Part shown: positions 38,760 through 52,529 of the stretch, piece after piece
Layout of the letters: every line of letters starts with the position of its first letter
Numbering within the stretch: position 1 is the stretch's first letter
The notes under the pieces: generated by a model
Seen by the model: only the letters and a program-made list of their open reading frames with translations
The model's database searches: none
Told to the model about the DNA's origin: nothing
NCBI GenBank assembly: GCA_028534125.1
Contig: CM052817.1
Location: 39,062,001 to 39,126,000, forward strand
DNA length: 64,000 nucleotides
Origin: Lama glama
Taxonomy: Eukaryota
Reading direction: 5' to 3'
Made by a program: the position numbers and the translations under genes

Positions 38760-39650
38760 TCTGGAAGCATTGTATGAGGGCAATTAGCTTTAAACTAAAG
38801 AATCTCTTACCTACACTTGAACGAACTGATTTTTCTCCTTCATTCATGGCATAGATGGGAGTCTATGACACCATGCATATGATTAACAGCACAAGATCAA
38901 ATAAATAAGTCTCCTCCATACTGTATTGGCATAATATACCCCGCATCTAATTGCCCTTTGTTGACTTGAAGAGTTATTAATCTCTGTTAGAAAGACATGC
39001 TAATTGTACCTGATCAACCTGACAAAATAAGCAAATCATATAGCCAACCAGGTAGAAGTCAAACAGAAAGAAAATGAATTTTGAGGGGGTCATAAGTCCA
39101 CCATATTTATTCACGATGGGAAGCAAACAGTCATTTATTGACTCAAGTTCTTTCATTTACACCTTATCTCAGGCTATTTGCTTTAAGAGTTTAGCACCTA
39201 TCAGTAAGGCCATCCGCACCCACCCCATCTGCTGGCATCAGCACCATCAGCATCATCACCAACACCATTACCTTCCCATGGTCATGATTACCCCCGTGCA
39301 GGGACGTTTTCGCTCACCTACAGTTAGCTTAGCTGCAGACTGTAAACAAAGGAAGCACAGGCCAACCTCCCCTGGCCTGCCTGACTGGGGGTAGATCTAG
39401 CTGGAGCGTTAACTAAGCACTAAGAGATAAGGCTGTCGTCAGCTGGGGCGGTGAGCCTGGGAGGCAAGTCCATTAAAAACACGGGAGGCTTGACTTATCA
39501 CTCCATGTGACTATGTGCTTTTAAATGTCGACAGCTTCTATAAAAATTCCATCTTCCTCGCATGGGGTCAACTTGACCTACTGCAGTGAAAACTGGCAAG
39601 GTTCTGACCCTTCACATTTATCTCAGCCAGAACCAGATAACCTTGCCCTG
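38760..39650. promoter_or_regulatory. Putative enhancer with ERE, FOX and GATA sites
   Basis: GGGTCA-act-TGACCT at 39565-39579. TGTAAACA at 39341-39348. AGATAA at 39425 and 39635. CTTATCA at 39494. Repeat-free with retained CpGs. Confidence 0.55.
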
Positions 39651-40799
39651 TAGTCTAAAAATACCCTGCCCTCCCCAGTATCCTCTTTATCTCTCTAGCA
39701 ATAATGACAAAAATGAGCCTTGGAAACGACGTGTGGACTTGAAAAACTGTGCATTCCCACCCCTGCTGCCCAAACACACTAGACCTTTGTTTCCAGGGAC
39801 TGTGGGCACAGAACCTCTTGCTCGGGGTGAGCTGAGGACACCTGCAGGTTTTCTCAGGCTCCTGCTATCCCAGGTTGTAGCTGCTCCTGAAGTTGGCTGA
39901 TCCTGGGGCCAGTTTGATGGCACTTTCTGTGGTTTGCTATTCCTGGAATACCGTTCGCTAGAGTAATGGAATTAGGAGTCCAGAAGTCCTTGTTCTAGTC
40001 TTTTTTTGGCACCAAATTGTTGGCCTTGAGAAAGCCACTCAGATTTTTGGGTTTCTGCTTCCTTATTGGTAAAATGAGACAATTAATAAGACATTTTCTA
40101 AAATCATCCAACCTCTACAAGTAATAATTCCTTTCTCTTATATAAACTTCCTAGCTTTCCAACCAACTGCCTCAAATTTTGCCTGCTTAAACTCCCACTA
40201 GTTGCTTTATTTAATGTCTTGTATTTTTTTCTTCACCATCTCCACCTAGAATGCCAATCACGGGAACTGTGGAACGGAGGGTAATTTATTGTGGTGAGCG
40301 CCCCTGTATCCTCCACCATGTGCATGAACTGCCCAGTAGTTCCCAGGGATGATCTGAGATAAATAAGATGATGTTTTTGGCCTCAAGGTGCTTCGGGCTA
40401 CTGGTATGTTCCTGGCAGTTTACAAAGTTATAGGAACAGAAAAGCTTTCCAATTTGATCTCAGTAAACTTTCCAGGAAGCACAAAGCCAGCAGAAAGATG
40501 CCTCGGTGCCTGGTTTCAGATATGACACTGAGGCTTGGGACTAATCACCTAGGCGATCCTTTCAATCATATTGAGAAAGGACGATCCACACTATGCTTAG
40601 TATAAAATGAGATTTAGGCTTTTGGAGAGATTGTGCTTGTTTAGCCAACTCAAGCTCAACACTCGTTTGATTCTGTACGGCATGCTATTGACCTCACTGA
40701 TTTGGAGTGTGTCTCCTGAAGTTTGCTCCTCAGGGCAGAGTTGACACAAGCTTGAAGAGAGCTGAAGGTGGCCTGAAACTGATACTGTAGATGGAGCCT

Positions 40800-41900
40800 G
40801 AATGTTTTAAAAAAAGATTGTTATTAATGAACTTTGTTAATTATCAGCTTAAGCTGTATTTAAAAATGACCTTTTAAAGTGATGCTTGAGGAGCACAATC
40901 TATACCAGTGTGAGCGAGCCTTTGGCTTGATTAGATCCCAATACCTTTCTCTTGATGAAATTGCAACTTATTAACATTCTCAAATGAGATGGAGCTATAA
41001 ATGTAAGTGGGTTTTAATACAATCATTTTTGAGGAAATGTCAAACTTCATTGCACACCTCTCCCTCCCGCCTCCTTCTTTAATGGCAGAGTTCAGTGAAG
41101 GACTGAGCCAGATTAATGAGCGAGGGATGGAGAGGGTTTTGAAGCCAAGGAAAAGACCACATAGCCGATCAGTCTCTAATTTAATCATCTCAGTAGGCTA
41201 TTCAGTGAGCTAGTATTATTAAACTGCCCTGATCGTATTTATGTACCTGCGGAAGGAAAACCGAGGGAGAAACTAGTGCTGTGTTTATGGACATAAGAGA
41301 GACAGGAAGAGAGCAAAACTGTCAGCCTGAGATGTCCGTGACCTGGAACCAAAAAGCGTAATTGGCTAAGTAAATCCACGTAATTAAATTAAATATGAAT
41401 AGCCACTGATTGAGAATTGCACCATGGACAGAATATGCTCGCTGTTAATGACCCACAATTTATTTACACCTTAAACACCGTGTTTCCTTACTGCTCTAAA
41501 GTAGTAAAATTGCTTTCTTCCTGGTGAAATTTATTGCCATTTAAACATGCCAAAAGGCCATTCTGGCAGTCATTACAATAATCTATCATTTCTGCAACTG
41601 CTGGTATCCTGTTCTGTGGTCAAATTCAATCTGAGAAGGGTCAACAGAATTTTTCCACCAAATGCTTCCCTCTTGACTATCATCAATTTACTTTTGTCAA
41701 CAAAAAGGGCATTACTATGGAATGAAACAGAAGATTCCCTTAAGACCTCTGGCAAACACCGTGAGCTTCTCTGCGTCCAGTATCTCTTGAACGTGCAGAT
41801 CTGTCTTTCTGCACGTGTCCATGTGCACAGTTGGGCCATTTCATGCAGAAGCATGAGCAGGAACCCTGCCACCAGTCTGTTTTTCTCACCAGCGACAGAA
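40800..41900. promoter_or_regulatory. Putative conserved non-coding enhancer block
   Basis: Repeat-free 1.1 kb with many TAAT cores (gattaatga, taatttaatca, taattaaattaaat) and retained CpGs. Confidence 0.5.
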
Positions 41901-43139
41901 AAAGCACACCTGACAGTAGCTTACACTCTTTGTACTCTACGGGGCTCCTGGGAGGATTGGCATTTTCTTTGAAGGAGGAACTTTTGGGGCTTCAGAGATG
42001 GTCGTTGCTATAGTTAGTCTTGCTACTATTCCCTTCTTTTCTTTTCTGCTCCCCCTGGCACCTCTTCTTGTCACTTTTGATGTGACATTTCTTGTTCAGC
42101 TTTCAGACCACACATTTCACATTTCCAACCAGCGAATCCTGGCTCTGTAATGTAGAAAAGAAAAAAAAATAGTCCTTTGTCACTGAGGTCAGCATTGAGA
42201 TTTTCTCCACTCTGGAAATATGAGATGGAAAATGAAAAAGAATGAAGTTAATTCAGGCCTTTACTTGTGTTTTTTTCTGACAAAGTTAGAAAAGGGTGCT
42301 GTTGCTTTTTATGAGAGTGAGGAGTAGGACTTGGATAAATGGAACCATTTCTTTATTGTCTCTCTTGGTTAATATTTGAGGACATAATCTCCATTCCAGC
42401 TTTTCTCTGAGGTCAGTTGTTGTCTCTTCTGTGGACGGGAGGCATCAGTACGGCAGAACAAGTGACTCCCCTCTGCATTATAACTACATGGTGGTGAGCA
42501 TGTCGCCCCTCTGCCATTACCTATTCACATAGACTGGAAACAGGTTATGATTTAGAATCAACAGGTTTAATCTTGAATGGTCAGGCTGCAAACTTGAGGA
42601 TAATGTAGTGTCTACAGTGTGTTTTTTGAGGGGCAGGATAAAAATTAACTATTGTTAGTAACAGTCTTTTATTTCTTTGATCATATTAAGTTTACTTTCA
42701 CCTTTTATCAGTTACCTATATATATTTTTTGCAACAAGTCCAAGCAGCCTTTTTTCCCCCTAGGAAAGTGGATTTTTTACTGGGATATAGTTGACTTTGT
42801 AATCATGTATAAGGACCGTGACAAGCAAAGTGTTGCTCTTCTTTGGCTTTTTGACACCTCTCTTGCCTTTACTTACTATTTGTTAGGTTTAGTTTGAGTT
42901 TTGTTTGTCTACTTTTGACTTTATATATCATATGGGCAAATTTAGAATTTGGGTTAATTTAGATGTGGCCACTACTTTTAATTAAAGTCTAGCTTTAAGT
43001 TAAGCAAAAGAACAAACTCATGAATAATGTTCTACTGATTTGAATACACTAAACTTAATAAGATGTTTTATGATAGCATCACATCAGCTGTACAGATATT
43101 TGTACTTAATTTGGCTGTTCTCATTATTTAAAACAATGT

Positions 43140-43745
43140 CAATCTAGCTTTTTAGAAAAGATTTTTTATTACAAAAAATTTTTTGTAGAAAAAAATAGAA
43201 AACATAAATAAGAAAAAGAAGAAAATATTTATTATGCTGACATTATTAAAATCATTAGTAATCCTACAACATAGAGATAATCACTGTTAATATCTGGGTT
43301 TCTATAATTCTATAATTCTTTATCTTCCTATATATATTTACAAAAAATATATATGCACACAGTGAGTTTTACATAAGATGTTTATATGACTGCTATTCAT
43401 AGTAGCAAACATCTGCAGACAACCTGAATATTCATCAAAAAAATCGTAGTTTATTTATACAATGGAATAGTACATAGCACTCAAAATGAATGAACTGAAG
43501 CTGGCCACAAAAATAGATGAATCTCAGCAACATAATCTGGAGCAAAAAAATATGTCTCCAAAACTTATATACAGCAGGATGTGCTTTTTATCATTAAGGC
43601 AAAAACAACAAAATCAAAAATTGTGTCCCTATGCTTTAGTAATATAGGCAGATCTGGTAGAAGCTGGAGGGTTTTCTGCAAAGGTGAAGGTGAGAGTGGG
43701 AATGGAGTAGTTGCCTGCCATTCAAATCTGGGATAGAAACCTGGA
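43140..43745. mobile_element. Ancient L1ME-like 3' fragments (minus, then plus)
   Basis: tatacaatggaatagtacatagcactcaaaatgaatgaactg...gatgaatctcagcaacataat. Confidence 0.65.
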
Positions 43746-43810
43746 GATATGAACACTGTACAAACCAGTTTCTCCCTTTTCAGTCCCAATTCTCATCTCT
43801 GCTTCCAAGC

Positions 43811-44031
43811 CATCGGTATCTCAATCATGGCACTACTGACATTCTTGACAAGAGAATTCTTTGTTGTGGGAGGCTGTCCTGTGCATTGTAGGAGGTTTAG
43901 TAGCAGCCCTGGCCCCCACCCACTAGATTCAGTAGCACAGCACCCTTCCCCGCTGGTTGTGATCATCAACAAAGTCTTCAGACATTGCCGGGCATTTGCT
44001 GGGCAAAACTGTCCCTGGTTGAGAATCACTG
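43811..44031 (-). mobile_element. MER20 (hAT-Charlie)
   Basis: ctttgttgtgggaggctgtcctgtgcattgtaggaggtttag...cactagat...cagacattgcc...ggttgagaatcactg. Confidence 0.9.
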
Positions 44032-46509
44032 TGTTAGAAGAAGGCACATCAATTGTTAACTGGCTCAAGAAGAACATAATCAGTAAAGTGGATCTTGTTT
44101 TAAAAATTCTTTTTTTTTAAAATGTAGTTAACCACCGCTTAGGATTATTCATCCTACAAAGACTACAAAATTTAGTTCCCTCTTTGGTTGATTTTGGTGT
44201 TAGTAGAGCCCACTGAAATAACATAGTGCAGCCCACTGAAATGACTTGGTACAGAAATGGATTTTGCTGTTTTATTAAAAAGTCCTTTGTAAAATCCACT
44301 GACATATTTTTGTTGGCTCCTCCGTAGCTCTGTTCTGCAACATCATTGATTCTCCAGGCAGTATGGAAACTTCTGGTAGGGAACTCCTCCTGCTGGGTGA
44401 CCTCAAGGAAGCCACTGTGCTTCATCAGTCCCATATGAGAGAAAAAAAGAGCAGTCATAACAATTAAACTGGCTAGCCTAGAAGGCCTTCTGAAGAAAGG
44501 TCTGTGTGAGGACAAACTTGTAATATTTATTGTGATTATCAGCCCCTCAGGGGCCTTTTGAAGAATTCTGTCTGATTTATCAGGCAGCTGCCCCATGGAT
44601 ATGCATGAAGGGAGAGGGGAAGGATGGGAGGGGGCAGAGGAGTGGTGAGTGTGACCAGGTTGATGGCAGTGCTCCAAGGGTGACCTCATGTTTACCCCCA
44701 GATGTTCCAATCGTTTCTAAATATCATCACAACCTTGATGTGATGCCATTTTCTGTTCTTGCTAAACTTTGGGAAGCAAGGAAGACTTCAGAATTTTAAT
44801 GCTCGCTTGAGCCTGTGAAAGACATGGAAATGTTCAAAAGTAGCCTGACCTTTTCATTGATCGTTGCTGATTGGTTGACTGACCGTCCCTGTTCCCTATT
44901 CCAACTGCTTCAGCAACTTTCTCATCTCCTTCCCTTCTTAGCACCAGGTACATAATTCTACGGAGGCCCTGACTTTTTCCACTATATTTCCTTACCAAGA
45001 TCTTGTTGATCTTATTCTAGCCCATTTTTTTTTCCAGGGGAGAACTAAATGATGGAATTAAAGCTTAGCAGAAAAATCAAAATCAATGAATGCCAGTCGC
45101 TGGAATTACCCTTTCGTCAACAAAAAAGGAACTATGTGAAAGGCCAGCTTCAGGAAGAAGATGGGCATTGTCCTTAACGATTCAAATAAGGTAGGTAATT
45201 AAAATGAGTTTGAGTAGGAATATTCAGATTCCAATTAATCCCACACAAGAAGGGGATATGTATAATAAAGATATCCCTTTCAAATATTTCTCAAGCATTT
45301 TCTTGCCTGTTATTAGCAGTAACTCTGGGTATCTTCCTACTTGTTATTTAAGGAAATCTTTAAGGCTCCAATTGCACAAATAATTTTCTCAATGGCTAGA
45401 TTTCTTGAAGATCCTGGCTAGACAATTCCCACCACTAGAGTCACTCTTGCCCATTAAGGTAGGAATATTTACCCTAGAAGCCATTGCTGGAATTCGTATC
45501 TGTTAACTGGAAAGGGTGGAGAAATTGAGGGAAGAAGAGGTACAACCTTCTTCCATGAACACACTTTCCAAAAAATAGCATTAAGTAGTTGACTGAATTA
45601 ACCATTTTGACATTGAAAGCAGAGAACAAGCTCTGGGCTGTGGGATACAGGACAGACAGACTTTAAATAAGCTTTTGTTTTTTAATATTGACTCTAAGAA
45701 TATCATATTGAATCCATTGTCTACTGCTGGCTAAATCCACTCTCAAACTGTCCATATTTCTCTGATAGAGAATTAGACATATTCATGAAAAGGAGCTGGG
45801 GTGTTGAATCCATCACTGAAGTAGTGACAACCCTGTCAGCTTTAACTAGACAGAGGAAGCAATCGTGTAGTATGATCTTCACCACTTACAGATAAAGTAA
45901 TCACTAAACACATGTTAGATGACAAAAAGATGTCTCTTCAATGACAGTTCCCTGAAAATGAAGAGCTGAGGCTCACCAGGCAATATAGAGCACATGAACC
46001 AATACAAATGCAGGCTTTTCCTCCCCCATGTTAGACACTCCATCCTGACACTTAACAACTACTAGACTTATCTCTGAAGGGATTAACTAAGAAATCCTTG
46101 CATGGAGCTTGCACTCTGCTAAGCTGTCTTATACACCCTTCCAAAGACCATTTTGAAGTGGGTAGAGATATACTGGGTACTTTATAAGCAATTAGTACCA
46201 TTGACTAAAGGAATTATAATAAAGAAATCTATTTGGAGTGACACTAAAAAAAAAAAAAAAGAGAGAGAGAGAGAAACAGAGTCCATTTTTTTCCTGCAGT
46301 TTAGATGGAATGAAGACTTCTTTAGACTGTGAGCTCCAAGAAGATAGGGACTGGATCTGTCTTCATGCTATATTCTCAGCAACCAGGGTGTACACATTAA
46401 AATTTGTAGAGGGAATGAATCAGTGAACAAATTATATCAGTTTCCATGTACAACTTCACTGATAGGGGCAATAATGGCCAGGTTGTGAATTCCTCCATAG
46501 CACTGTACT

Positions 46510-46720
46510 TGCTAACATTTAGTCAGTATTTACTGTGTCCTAGGCACTTTTTAAAGTGCTTAACATGTATAAACATATTTAATCCTTCAACAATCCTATG
46601 TAGTAGGAACTATTTTGATCACAATTTGCATGGCGGGAAATTGCGGCTTAGAGAGGTAAAGTAACTTGCAATTGGAAGAAGAATTTGAACTCAGGTCTAG
46701 CTAATTTAGATAATCCATTA
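46510..46720 (-). mobile_element. MIR SINE (an L2 tail lies at about 46320-46430)
   Basis: atttaatccttcaacaatcctatgtagtagg...gcttagagaggtaaagtaacttgc. Confidence 0.8.
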
Positions 46721-48219
46721 TACATTTCAAGTGTCATTTATTTACTAAGATTAGTTCTAGACTTGGGGACTCCACTAATCCAGGGAGGTGCACACCATTC
46801 TTGAAACTCCATCACATTGTTTCTCCTCCTTGCTTCTTTTTCTTCCCCTTCTTTTCTCACCTTCTGGCCTTTCTCTACCCCAATGTGGTAGCTGACTTTA
46901 AGGAGTAGGGTCCAGATTGTCAAAGACAGTGGGGGAAGGAATCCATTCCCCTCATAGTTTCCCTTTTCTTAACTTCGTGTTGCTGCTCATGGGTTGGAGG
47001 ATGTTCCACAAGTAAATAAAATCCAAGAGACCAACTTAACTTTTAACGTCTAGATTTTTATTTTTTGTTTTGAGTTTGGAATCCTAGCTCCATTGCTCAC
47101 TGTCTTTCCCTGCTTCTCTTTGTTTCTTCATCTGTGAAATGCAGTACTTCTAGTGGTTGTAATGATGAAACGACATGATAAATACAATGCTGACTTAATC
47201 CTTTGCTCAAATTGTGAAAACCCAGTAAATGCTTAGTTTTCTCCTTTCCTCACTATGACTCTTCTTAGAAAGTGGTGGTCAAGCTGTGATGTCAGAGAGC
47301 GGGGCAATAGAAGGAATATAAGGGTGAAATGAGTTCAGGTTTACCTGGATAAACCTTGTGTATTTCATCCCATTATGGTGTTTTCTGTTGAAGAGTCTAA
47401 AACCACTCTTTCCTCAGGATGGAGTGTTTCTCTTGGCCAGGTTCCCCATGATGGCCCATTTTCATTCCTCAGTAGGAGTCACTAAGTAAACCAATGGCAC
47501 ATCTTCAAATTCTTTGGGTGGATTTTGAAATTTGTCTTCGTCAGGTCATTGTTTGAGTCACCTGATCCAGAGCTCCAAAGGGTGCCCTGGAGCTGTGCCT
47601 AGTTTGTGGGTTTTCACATTCCTGGAAGGAGCCATCTAGTTTCTGGTTCAGTACAACAGCAACCGGACTCTTTCTCTTGGCCCCTAGGGCTGGTACTAAG
47701 GCACCTGAAAAACAGAAAAGCCGAATTAAGAAGACATCTGCCCACAATTTTATCAACTTTGGCTTTGTTTGGTTTTCAAAGAGTTACAAACAGGATACCA
47801 TCACAGGAGCAAATTGAAGTTTTTGAGGGCCTCGAGCTTATATAATTCGGAGGGTATGCTTTAAGAGAAAATGTCAAATTGTCCCTTGAACATATTGATA
47901 GGGGCCCTGACAAGGCTTTGGAAGGAGCCCAGGCAATTTGAGAGACTCTGCAAATAAACTTCATTGGCTTTGCATTCAATCCACCCCTGGTAGTGTGATT
48001 AAATCAGTTAAAACCTTTTTGAGTCCCAACGTGGACCTCAGCTGGGCCCATTTTATTGGGAGATCATGCTAACATGTATGACAAATCTGTTCTCTTTTCA
48101 CTTTCTTTTTTACTTGTTTGAAGGCAGTCAGTTTTTTCTGTCCTGGAATTGCCAGGAGCTCCCAAATATCACTACAAAGAGACCCTTGGCAGACAGATTC
48201 CAGTTGTTGATTTGTAACA

Positions 48220-48440
48220 GTAGCTAGTATTTTTAAGCATTTACCGTGTGCTGGACTTTGGGATAAATACTTCATATGGAGTTTCCTGTTTAATTCTCAC
48301 ACTATCTCTATGATATAATCTGCTCTGTATTTTTCTCCTCAATAAAGTCACTTGCTCTTTCTCATGCCCAGTAGATGGAAGAAACAAGGTTCAAACTAGG
48401 CATGTGAGGCACGTGTTATGATTAGAATCCAAGTTGTAAA
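48220..48440 (-). mobile_element. MIR SINE, degenerate
   Basis: agcatttaccgtgtgctgg...tttaattctcacactatctctatga. Confidence 0.6.
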
Positions 48441-49849
48441 CCGCTTGGCTGTAATTTAGGGTTGAATGTGCAGTGGGTGGGCGATACTCATTCTTCCATG
48501 TGCTGGGGAAACAGTCCTCTTTTAAAAAGCAGGCATTTGGGGTCTAGTTCTCCTTCACCACATTCACCTCCCTTCCTGCTTCCTTAATTAAATAACTGTG
48601 CATCCATTATCAAAATAACCTACTTCATCTACACCTCAGATGCCCCAGCTGTAAAATGGGATAATAATCCTTCATCTCCTTAAAGGCTGCTAGGTTGTTA
48701 TGTCCCTGGAGGTTCCTTCCATATTTAAATTCTCTAATTACTCAACTACTGCAAGTTCCTAAACACCTGTCTCAGCATTTGCCTGATTTCAGATCTTAAA
48801 TAAATAACTGACATCCAAATGTTGTCCCAGAGTTTAGGATGGAGCCAGCCATCAAACAGAAGTCTCCAGTGGAATGAGCCAGCGTGGAGACTGAAAAACA
48901 AAGCTCAGTCTGAAGAAGTTCAAAGAGAGGAAGAAAAAGGTATGTTCCTAGTTAAATGCACCCACGTTGAACTGAAGACTCAGAAAAGTTCTTTTCATTT
49001 TATTTTACGTTGGACTGACTTTTAAGAAAACAATCTTGGAAGTGTTTATTTTATAACTCTAACGGCGTCCAAGAAAATGTGGACGGCCAAACTCTGAAAA
49101 AGCACAGTTGTGAATAGAACTCACTTTCAGTAAGCAGAACGCCCTTTCCTGGCCATAGTGAAGCTGTCCCCTCCAGGAAGAGGACAAAAGACCCTGTCAA
49201 TTGGGTAAGGCCTCCTGTGCTAAGACGTTCTTCCTCTAATGTGTCTTCTTGAATTGGACCATTTGAAAGCACGTTCTCTATTGCAAAATGGGAGAGGAAG
49301 CTGTGTACCTTATCCTTTTGATTAGTATTGCAGCTCAGATTATGATTTGGTGATTTGGGGAATAGGATGTTATCTTAAACAGACCAGAAGGGACTACAAT
49401 TTTTGTTTTGCAGCATCGACGATATGTATTAGGACAGTATTTCTACTTGCTCTCTTTGTGAGTTCTTTAGGATTTAAGCAGTTTTTAACCAAACAGATAT
49501 TTCGTAGATCTTAGTTTCTATTAACGAGGTTTGTTCAAGATAGTTTTAGCTGGTATTATGGCCTGTGTCTATGTGTGTGTGTACACTGCTGATATCCAAA
49601 AGCCACAGAACAGAGCTGGAAATGAGTAAAAATGTGGTTTTTAAGTCATATATGCATCTTGTAATTTTTAACCCTTTTAAATTCTTTATCAAAGTACTTT
49701 ACCACAAAGTTATAGTGAAGAGAAAATCTAATTGCTGTTAATCTATGTTTAAATTTTTGATGAAATCTGTAAGTGGGTATTAAAACATATTTATCATAGT
49801 TTAGGTTGTGGTTTTCCCCCGGCTTTGTGCCCAACTTGTTGAAAAGTGA

Positions 49850-50090
49850 CAGTGCTTTCATGGAAAAGAATATCAAATTCCTAAGTTCTGAAGATGGTGT
49901 TCTAGTGTAAGGTCTGTTAGTACTACCCATGTAGCTGTAGGCAGGTCCTTCCGTGTCTCTGAACCTCAAGTTTCCTCGTCAGCAAATTGGAATAATAATA
50001 TCCTTTGCCTCTTTCATGGACTGAAGCAGTGACCAAATGAGTTAATATATTTATGGAATTTAAGTGCTATAAAAATGCAAGATGCCTTTT
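49850..50090 (+). mobile_element. MIR SINE
   Basis: tctctgaacctcaagtttcctcgtcagcaaattggaataataata. Confidence 0.7.
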
Positions 50091-50385
50091 GCTTCAGATA
50101 TTGCTTCAGATGTTAGCTCTAAAACATAGAACACATAAAGAATACAATTAGGTGGCAAGAAATGTGACGACATTTAACCTTATGGCAAGAATTGTCTATT
50201 TCTCTAGTTTCCTGGCCACACACAGGCATATGGTTATAATATCTGTTCTGTAGATAAAAAGAGGTGCTTGGAGATATATAGAGAGTTTATAAGGAAATAC
50301 ATGATTTAGCTGAAACATGGAGTTCTATAAAAAATTAGACCAATTCTTGCAAGTGCAGATGGCAAAGAGGAGTCTAATGCAGTAC

Positions 50386-50523
50386 ATAGTGGCTTTCAAC
50401 CTGGTTGTGCTTCAAAATATGTGGACTTTTCTAAAACCATAGACTCGTGGGTCTCTCCCCAGGAGATTATTGATCCAGAGGTCTGAGTGTGGCCTGGGTA
50501 TTTGTAGAGTTGAGAACCAATGC
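50386..50523. mobile_element. MER5A-like hAT element
   Basis: Termini agtggctttcaacc...gttgagaaccaatg; internal aggtctgagtgtggcctgggtattt. Confidence 0.7.
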
Positions 50524-50939
50524 TGTGTCTATGTTTACTGGTTAAAGTAATTGCCATGGACTGCAATGAGGTTAAGGTTTCTGTTGGTTCTAGTTGGAGT
50601 TTGCCAATGATGTTAGCTTCAGTTCTCTGACTTGTCATTAACACCCAGGTCCTCACTCTTCTGTTCTCTTCATCTTGCCTGCTGTCTGGTTAATCCTTTT
50701 TTTTTTTTTCGGTCCCATCTCCTGAGCTTTCAGCTTCTGCTCTAACTGTACAACCTTCCTGACATTCGTTTTGACCTACCTACTCCTGATTGAAGCCATC
50801 ACAAGCTCCACCAACCAGAAATGCTTCCTTTACAAGTAATCTCTCTTAAAACCAGCCTGAATCTCAAGCACCTTTCCAGATTGAGGAGAAGAGAAATAAA
50901 GATGCCGGCCACCCTCTCTCCCTGGATTTTATGAAAAGC

Positions 50940-51450
50940 AATATTTTAGATAGACAAAGCTGGCAGTGGGATGCAGAATGGATGTGACAGAGGAAGGCGT
51001 GAAAGCAAGGACATCACTAAAATTGTATTGCTTTTGTCCAGAGGGATGGTGGGGGAGTGACGCAATTTCCCAGTTGACTGAAATAGGGATGATAGCGGGA
51101 GTGAGGGACAGGAAGGATGGAGATGTTGGAGGAGAACAGTCAGTTTGGTTTTAAACATTCAGGGACTTTCGTGGTCATAATCCTTTTTGTTAAATAGTGA
51201 ACCATGAATGCGTTTTCACGGGCACACAGTATAGCAGAAATAGCCTGAACCAGAGGAGAGAAAACTTGGAGTCTTAATACTAATCCTCACTAACTGTGTG
51301 TTCTTGGGCCCCTCATTTACCATTTCTCTGCTTCAGTCCCTTCCTCTGAGGATCATAAGACCTGCTGTATCTACCACACATGAGAACGATGTGTAACATA
51401 CACTTTAGGTTTCTGATTTTCTTATGTGACAAGTATTTGAATAAATTCCA
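50940..51450. mobile_element. L2 (minus) followed by MIR (plus)
   Basis: cagtcagtttggttttaaacat (L2); taactgtgtgttcttgggc...ctgcttcagtcccttcctctg (MIR). Confidence 0.65.
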
Positions 51451-51559
51451 CTCGAGGAAGAAAGAGCATCTTCGAATGTAGCCTGGGGAACAGACAGGCT
51501 GTAACTCTGTGCTGTAACTCGTTTCCGCCCCTGGGTTACACATTTTGCTCCTGGATTTT

Positions 51560-52260
51560 AAAGGTCTTTCCTTGCCATCAGATTGCACTGGGTTTGTTAA
51601 TAAATGACATTCAGGGAGTCACACTGGCATCGGGATTGGTCTATTCAGGCAGGGCTTCCCTGAGCGAGGCACCATGCTGCTCTCAACAGAGAACTCTGTT
51701 TATCACTTTGGAGATGCAATAAAAATAACAAATGTCCAGAGTAAACCTAATTCACTATGCTACTTAGTATTTGAAATACATAAATATGTCAAGCAAAAGA
51801 CCTCTAATAGACCCTTTTATCCTGGTAATAGTGTACATATAATTTTCCTCTCATTAGTACAAAAACTGCCTAGGGAACTCTCAGCCCATCCTTCATCCAT
51901 TTAATCTGCATTAGCTTACTTTTACCTTGTGTTTAATCTGCTTTCCCTCAAGGTATTTTGAATAAATCAATAGGAATACATGATTGTTTAATGATTTTTA
52001 GAAGAGCTCCCTTCGACCACAGCTGCATGATTTAGAATGACTAATTCCACTTTTTACAATTGATCCTTCCCTGTGTGGACCATCCATTCCTGCCAGGCCA
52101 TTGTGAGAGAATGCTGCAGCAGACTGCTCCCTACTCCCGGGGCTCCTGGCGGCCGGATGGTGTGCTAGCTGGCAGGTCTCCCCACCCCCCATCACTGTCT
52201 GATTAATAATCACGCGAAGGCACACTCTCAGCGCCCCTGCTCAGCTGCTGCTTGGAGGCA
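51560..52260. promoter_or_regulatory. Putative conserved enhancer
   Basis: Repeat-free. ATAAATCA at 51962-51969. TGATTA-A-TAATCA palindrome at 52200-52212. FOX-like gtaaac and taaata sites. Confidence 0.45.
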
Positions 52261-52470
52261 GTCTTCTGGGAGCTCAAAGGTGTCCAGTTTCAAAACCTCT
52301 TTCCTCCATTTCTCCTTTTGCTGTTCATGCCCGGGAACTGGACTCTCCTTCGGACACACTCGGAATTTCCTGGGTCTTCTGATAGAATGGTGGGCAGAGA
52401 TGTGACAAAGTAGCAGTAATTCACTTTGCTGGAGGCTCATTGTAGCTGTCTCAGTTTATCCGGGGTGTGA

Positions 52471-52471
<1 letters not shown>

Positions 52472-52508
<37 letters not shown>
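52472..52508. repeat. (TG)n(AG)n compound microsatellite
   Basis: Read directly. Confidence 0.95.
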
Positions 52509-52529
52509 TCCTGGGATTCCTGTATTCCT

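Noticed and set aside
39074..39394. ORF with a poly-His/Gln run
   Set aside because: The run comes from a short (CAT/CAC)n repeat, with no domain or exon support.
43170..43187. Perfect 18-bp palindrome tacaaaaaattttttgta
   Set aside because: Low-complexity A/T runs within an old L1 remnant.
44117..44710. 197-aa ORF on the minus strand
   Set aside because: No recognisable domain, a non-ATG start, and composition typical of non-coding DNA.
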